Source: Octopus vulgaris (lineage: Eukaryota). From it: 64,000 nucleotides of DNA. Below, in pieces: positions 62,631-64,000 of this stretch; position 1 is the first letter of the stretch; the number at the start of each line of letters is the position of its first letter. The notes below the pieces were generated by a model. The model searched no databases and was not told where the DNA came from. It saw only the letters and a program-made list of their open reading frames with translations. Position numbers and translations under genes: made by a program. The stretch covers positions 104,656,001-104,720,000 of the forward strand of contig OX597823.1 of the NCBI GenBank assembly GCA_951406725.2. Reading direction: 5' to 3'.

Positions 62631-62870
62631 ATTCTTATTTCTTTATTGTCCACAAGGGGCTAAACACAGAGAGGACAAACAAGGACAGACAAAGGGATTA
62701 AGTTGATTACATCGACCCCAGTGCATAACTGGTACTTAATTTATCGACTCTGAAAGGATGAAAGGCAAAGTCGACCGTAGCGGAATTTGAACTCAGAACG
62801 TAACGGCAGACGAAATACCGCTAAGCATTTCGCCCGGCATGCTAACGTTTCTGCCAGCTCACCACCTTCA
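62631..62870 (-). mobile_element. tRNA-derived SINE with Nin-like domain
   Basis: Reverse complement of the 63246-63460 family, apparently full length. Confidence 0.8.
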
Positions 62871-63245
62871 TCTGCTACTATTCTTTTACTCCGATGTAAG
62901 TACAATAACTGGACATGCTTCCGTAAAAAATTACAAATTAGTGAGTATAATTTTCTAGGGGTTGTTGATATCAACTGATTCCCTTCCTTACCCCATATTT
63001 TGTACACTTTTGCTTATGATTTTTATTGTTATATTTAGTGTTAGTCCATAGTGAGATAGAATATGTAAGATTCCTAAGAGTTGGTACTTTAGAACAGAGA
63101 AATCCACTCTTTTGTGACAAATCTAGACACTATTTTTCTCAAAGTTATTCCAGACTCATAGAACACATTTTTCTACATATGTATACTTACTTCTTCAACT
63201 TATTTCATTCCTTTAAGTAACTTGATTCATATAAGTCATTCCTCC

Positions 63246-63460
63246 GAAGGCGGTGAGCTGGCAGAAACGTTAGCACGCCGGGCAAAATGCTTAGCCTTTA
63301 CGTTCTGAGTTCAAACTCCACCGAGGTCGACTTTGCCTTTCATCCTTTCAGGGTCGATAAATTAAGTACCAGTTACGCACTGGGGTCGATGTAATCGACT
63401 TAATCCCTTTGTCTGTCCCTGTTTGTCCCCTCTATGTTTAGCCCCTTGTGGGCAGTAAAA
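63246..63460 (+). mobile_element. tRNA-derived SINE with Nin-like domain and 10-bp TSD
   Basis: Flanked by TCATTCCTCC at 63236-63245 and 63461-63470. Confidence 0.85.
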
Positions 63461-63685
63461 TCATTCCTCCACCAAAGTCACCAATCACATGGGTTATTCC
63501 TCTACTGAAGAAATCAATCACAATTTAATTATTTCACCACAAAAGTAACCAATCACAATTCAGTCTTTACTCCACCAATGCAACCAATCAGAATTTAATC
63601 CTTCCTCATTTAAAACAACCAATCACTTCAGCCTTACTCAATCAAGTAATCAATTACAATTCAGTCATTCTCCAACCAATCACAA
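63461..63685. repeat. Degenerate ~34-bp minisatellite, each unit with a CCAATCA-like box
   Basis: (C/T)CAAT(C/T)A cores at 63481, 63514, 63549, 63584, 63619, 63650 and 63676. Confidence 0.75.
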
Positions 63686-64000
63686 CTGCCACGGCTCTCA
63701 TGTTAAACCACCCCAACCCTTATTTCAAATATTTCAAAAGCTGCACTGTTAAAGCTTATTCAGTTCTTCTTGTGTTTTTCTTGTCACTCAAGTCACTCCT
63801 CACTGAACAGAGCTGTGATCAAAATCTTTCCATCCATGGCCACTCATTCCTCTCTAGATACATTGTGTAATATATGCTACCCTCTTGAAAATGACAGAGT
63901 GAAATTTAAATGAGATTTGGCTGCTAATCCTTTTAACAAGTTAACCATACAATAAAGGCTCCTTTGAAATGTTTCTCCCTAGAACAGTACATATCAATTA

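Overview
AT-rich, repeat-dense animal genomic DNA. The repeat repertoire (tRNA-derived SINEs, an abundant RTE-clade LINE with (GAT)n tails, mariner and piggyBac relics, TA/CA microsatellites) suggests an octopus or other coleoid cephalopod; this is inference. The one recognisable host gene is the 5' part of DCAF15, a CUL4-DDB1 substrate receptor, on the minus strand. Three coding exons (56052-56114, 7892-8010, 2739-2886) splice in frame to 110 aa. Intron 1 is about 48 kb, and a CpG-retaining promoter with YY1-, E-box- and CTCF-like motifs lies at about 56.1 kb. Most other ORFs in the track are transposon debris or chance. The most striking signal is non-coding: three minimal type I hammerhead-ribozyme-like folds in small non-autonomous elements that look Penelope-like. 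One sits in the loop of a ~130-bp-arm foldback (23994-24329). The other two (26115-26165 +, 58718-58768 -) carry a non-canonical G3-C8 swapped core, and in one of them the inversion junction falls at the predicted cleavage site. Also present: a CCA-bearing tRNA-Gly retrocopy fused to a SINE/LINE tail, a chimeric mariner joined by an 85-bp locally templated insert, nested insertions with ~45-50 bp flanking duplications, a long intronic hairpin and a CCAAT-box minisatellite. All calls were made by eye; no database searches were run.
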